41,999 nucleotides of DNA, from NCBI GenBank assembly GCA_044336805.1, contig JBIIOS010000002.1:1-41999 (forward strand), given 5' to 3'. This document shows positions 39,312 to 41,999 of this stretch, piece by piece; position 1 is the first letter of the stretch, and every line of letters begins with the position of its first letter. The notes under the pieces were generated by a model. It searched no databases and had not been told where the DNA came from. It worked only from the letters and a program-made list of their open reading frames with translations. The position numbers and the translations under genes were made by a program. This DNA comes from Candidatus Nanopelagicales bacterium (lineage in GTDB: Bacteria > Actinomycetota > Actinomycetes > S36-B12).

Positions 39312-40298
39312 ATGAACCGGATTTTCGAGGCAAGCGATCCGGTATTTGACGAGCACATTAACGCGGGACTTGGTCAGGTAGAGAAGTCCCTCCTTGAATC
39401 CACCCGGAGTGAATACCCATTCGTTTCTGAGACGTCACGCCACCTGGTAGTGGCCGGTGGCAAACGTTTTCGACCGCTTTTGGTGCTGCTCGCAGCAGAA
39501 TTCGGAGATCCACAGCTACCAGGTGTTAAACAAGCAGCGGTAGTCGTTGAACTCACGCACCTGGCCACGCTCTATCACGACGACGTCATGGATGAGGCAA
39601 CCATGCGCCGGGGAGCCGACAGCGCAAATGCCCGATGGGATAACACGGTTGCAATCTTGACCGGTGATTTCCTTTTCGCGCGCGCTTCACAGATCTTGGC
39701 CGATCTAGGACCAGATGCGGTGCGGATTCAGGCGGAGACATTTGAGCGGCTCTGTATCGGGCAGATCAAAGAAACAGTTGGTCCCCGTGAGGGTGAGGAT
39801 CCGGTTAAGCACCATATTTCAGTATTGTCAGAAAAAACGGGGTCACTTATTGCAACTTCGGGTCGCTTTGGTGCCATGCTCAGTGGCTGTGACCAGAGAA
39901 CAATTGACATCCTGACAAACTTTGGGGAACAAATTGGCGTGGCTTTTCAGTTGGCCGACGACATCGTGGATATCACTTCAGATTCAGAGCAATCTGGAAA
40001 GACTCCCGGCACCGACCTGCGTGAAGGCGTTCCCACCTTGGCGGGCCTGATCGCCCTCACCGATTTGAGCCCAGAAGGGGCTCAACTGCGTGAGTTGTTG
40101 TCCAGGCCTCTTCCCGACCCACAGGAGCACGCCCTTGCCCTTGAATTGCTGCGGGCTCACCCAAGTTTGCATGAAGCTCGGCTCGAGGCTCTGCGCTGGG
40201 CCGATGAAGCGCGCCGAACTCTCGAGCCTTTGCCCGATATCACGGCGAAACAAACCCTGATGGCCCTGTGTGATTACGTAGTTTCACGAACAGGCTAA
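39312..40298 (+). CDS. Polyprenyl diphosphate synthase (trans-isoprenyl diphosphate synthase; probable menaquinone side-chain synthase)
   Basis: The first Asp-rich motif is LATLYHDDVMDE and the second is FQLADDIVD. KRFRP is also present. The gene starts 12 nt after the nuoN stop. Confidence 0.9.
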   Translation: MNRIFEASDPVFDEHINAGLGQVEKSLLESTRSEYPFVSETSRHLVVAGGKRFRPLLVLLAAEFGDPQLPGVKQAAVVVELTHLATLYHDDVMDEATMRRGADSANARWDNTVAILTGDFLFARASQILADLGPDAVRIQAETFERLCIGQIKETVGPREGEDPVKHHISVLSEKTGSLIATSGRFGAMLSGCDQRTIDILTNFGEQIGVAFQLADDIVDITSDSEQSGKTPGTDLREGVPTLAGLIALTDLSPEGAQLRELLSRPLPDPQEHALALELLRAHPSLHEARLEALRWADEARRTLEPLPDITAKQTLMALCDYVVSRTG

Positions 40299-40310
40299 AG
40301 CTCCAACAAT

Positions 40311-41270
40311 CTAAGGCTCGAGCAGCGTTTCTTTTAGTTGGTGGGTTTTGGTTCGGGTATTTCGGTACATATCCACCGTGAATATAACGAGGGATATCCA
40401 GACGAGGGTAAATCCAATCCAATTTCCAGTGCTCATGGCTTCCTGGAAAATGAATACGCCAAGCAGGAATTGGAAGATAGGGGTGATGTATTGCAGAACC
40501 CCCAGTGTGGAAAGGGGAATGCGCGTTGAAGCACCTCCAAAGGCCAGCAGGGGTAGTGCGGTGACCGGACCCAACATGATCAACAAGAAGGTGATGGTAG
40601 GCCCGTCGAGCACGATGGATACGGTTCCTCGTGCTGTGAACACCCCCAGAATTATCAGAGCGAGTGGGAGGAGAACTACCGTTTCAATTCCCAGGCCTTG
40701 CAGCGATGGCAAGTTCGCATATTTTTTTAACAGGCCATAAAGCGCGAAAGAGAAGCCCAGTGTGAGCGCAATCCACGGCACCGAACCTGACGCGATTGTT
40801 AAGACGACGACCGCGACAAGTGCAATTCCTACCGCAAACCATTGGGTTTTTCGAAGGCTCTCTTTCAGAAGAATGACGCCCATGGCGACGGAAATAAGTG
40901 GGTTCATGAAATAGCCGAGTGATGCTTGAACCACCTGATTGGAGTCAACGGCGTACACGTAGACCAACCAGTTTATGGAAAGAAAAATTGCGGCTGAACC
41001 CAAAATGATTACATTTCGGCGGTTAAATGCTCCCGTGAATGCACGCCACTGCTTACCTACCAACAGTATGAGAACGACAACAATGAGTGACCAAATAACC
41101 CGGTGCGCAACGACCTCGATAGGTGCGACAGTGTCTAGGAGTACAAAATAGAGGGGGAAGAGACCCCAAAAAAGGTAGCCGGTAACCCCGAGGAGTACAC
41201 CTGTGGAATGAGCAGATCGCTCCCGGACCGCCACCTTCTCACCTGATTCCCAACAAGATTTACGACTCAA
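40311..41270 (-). CDS. rarD: EamA/RarD family (DMT superfamily) permease
   Basis: It has about 10 TM helices, and the N-terminal GVLLGVTGYLFWGLFPLYF is typical of RarD. The start is either TTG 41270 or GTG 41234. Confidence 0.78.
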   Translation of the reverse strand: MSRKSCWESGEKVAVRERSAHSTGVLLGVTGYLFWGLFPLYFVLLDTVAPIEVVAHRVIWSLIVVVLILLVGKQWRAFTGAFNRRNVIILGSAAIFLSINWLVYVYAVDSNQVVQASLGYFMNPLISVAMGVILLKESLRKTQWFAVGIALVAVVVLTIASGSVPWIALTLGFSFALYGLLKKYANLPSLQGLGIETVVLLPLALIILGVFTARGTVSIVLDGPTITFLLIMLGPVTALPLLAFGGASTRIPLSTLGVLQYITPIFQFLLGVFIFQEAMSTGNWIGFTLVWISLVIFTVDMYRNTRTKTHQLKETLLEP

Positions 41271-41333
41271 TAAGAGTGCAGTCCCAGACTACTCAGGCTT
41301 AGGGGTTGGTCAGCGCCGGCTAGGCTTACAGCT

Positions 41334-41732
41334 GTGACGCGTTACGCCCTGACCTCGGATCCCAGTGTCAGCGTCGAAGTTGTCAGCGCGTCCCTTGCTT
41401 GTTGCACATTGGAATTGCAAGCCGCCCTCAATAGTGGCGCGTTAATTCAGGTGTCTGAAGGTGGCACCGGCCCCAGCGTGATCGTTATTGCAGGCACGGT
41501 GACTGATGCCTTGGTCCCCAGCGTGCTCGAGTTGATTCACTCTTATCCGGGCGCCAAAGTAATGTCCTTTGGTGCGTGTGCAACCAGTGGTGGACCTTAT
41601 TGGGATTCACCTCCGGTCTCAAAAGGAATCGACCAATTCGTGGAAGTGGCAGCCTATGTTGCCGGGTGCCCACCCAGGCCCGACGCCTTCATTCAAGCAA
41701 TCCAGGAAATTTCTTCGGATCGGGTCTTCTAG
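41334..41732 (+). CDS. Short NuoB-family protein (second, divergent copy; predicted 4Fe-4S subunit)
   Basis: The 132-aa product aligns by eye with the core of this window's NuoB. SLACCTLE matches [17 protein letters not shown] matches MGVCSSSGG, and AGCPPRPD matches PGCPPRPE. No clear RBS precedes the GTG start. Confidence 0.7.
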   Translation: MTRYALTSDPSVSVEVVSASLACCTLELQAALNSGALIQVSEGGTGPSVIVIAGTVTDALVPSVLELIHSYPGAKVMSFGACATSGGPYWDSPPVSKGIDQFVEVAAYVAGCPPRPDAFIQAIQEISSDRVF

Positions 41733-41999
41733 ATGCCCAGATCATCCACCTGGGAAAAGGTTGAGCCAGCAGATTGGCGGAGCACTATCGAGGAGTTACG
41801 CGAAAAAGGCTTCATATTTTTCGATTTTTTGACCGGAGTGGATCAAGAAAATGTAGATGGCAATAATGCGTGTGAAGTAGTCGCACACCTTGCGACGAAG
41901 GACCTATCGAATTCTCATTTTATTACTACCCAAGTATTAGACGAATTACCCAGCATCATTGACTTAATTCCGGCAGCGCAATGGTATGAACGTGAATGC
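41733..41999 (+). CDS. NuoC-family (30 kDa subunit-like) protein, 3'-truncated by the window edge; not in the ORF track
   Basis: My own translation from ATG 41733, directly after TAG 41730-41732, is MPRSSTWEKVEPADWRSTIEELREKGFIFFDFLTGVDQ...EVVAHL...PSIIDLIPAAQWYEREC. The frame is open for 89 codons to the window end. Its motifs parallel NuoC (compare [10 protein letters not shown]). Confidence 0.7.
   Translation, partial: MPRSSTWEKVEPADWRSTIEELREKGFIFFDFLTGVDQENVDGNNACEVVAHLATKDLSNSHFITTQVLDELPSIIDLIPAAQWYEREC

Noticed and set aside
1-41999. A search by eye for CRISPR repeats, tRNA/rRNA genes, transposase/integrase/recombinase genes, phage genes, toxin-antitoxin pairs or defence-system signatures.
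   Set aside because: None was found. Every ORF of meaningful length is accounted for by conserved housekeeping families. I saw no tandem or long dispersed repeats, though without tools short dispersed repeats could be missed.

Overview
This window is a densely coding (well over 90%), strongly syntenic core-chromosome segment of an Actinomycetota genome with moderate GC (about 50-55% by eye). The gene order mirrors the mycobacterial Rv0498-Rv0562 neighbourhood in compressed form. From left to right it holds: a 5'-truncated P-type ATPase; a sugar-phosphate isomerase/epimerase; a TetR regulator; proC; a small excisionase-type HTH protein; an unlisted 33-aa bS22-type ribosomal protein ORF; a PlsC-like acyltransferase; a HAD-IB hydrolase (minus strand); an acyl-CoA ligase; a glutaredoxin-like protein; rex; a cobA/hemD fusion; a histidine phosphatase; system II cytochrome c maturation genes (resA/tlpA-like, ccdA, resB, ccsB); two small membrane proteins; the menaquinone genes menA, menE, menB, menC, menD, menF and menG; a complete, translationally coupled nuoA-N operon; a polyprenyl diphosphate synthase 12 bp after nuoN; rarD (minus strand); and a divergent short NuoB-like plus NuoC-like pair that runs off the right edge. 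I saw no rRNA or tRNA genes, no CRISPR array, no transposase or integrase, and no defence or toxin genes. I did not find a convincing novel system. The region is mostly ordinary respiratory housekeeping. The points worth a second look are: (1) the second minimal NuoB/NuoC module at the right edge; (2) apparent erosion of the conserved heme-biosynthesis locus, where rex is followed directly by cobA/hemD and then by the histidine phosphatase that normally follows hemL; (3) a near-consensus Rex operator upstream of nuoA; (4) the hidden bS22 ORF; (5) a lysine/alanine-rich N-terminal extension on CobA/HemD; (6) a 108-bp convergent overlap between menA and a small membrane protein gene. Note that the ORF track prints M for GTG and TTG starts and frequently over-extends N-termini. 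Where a start/stop overlap or an RBS supports it, I give a trimmed start.
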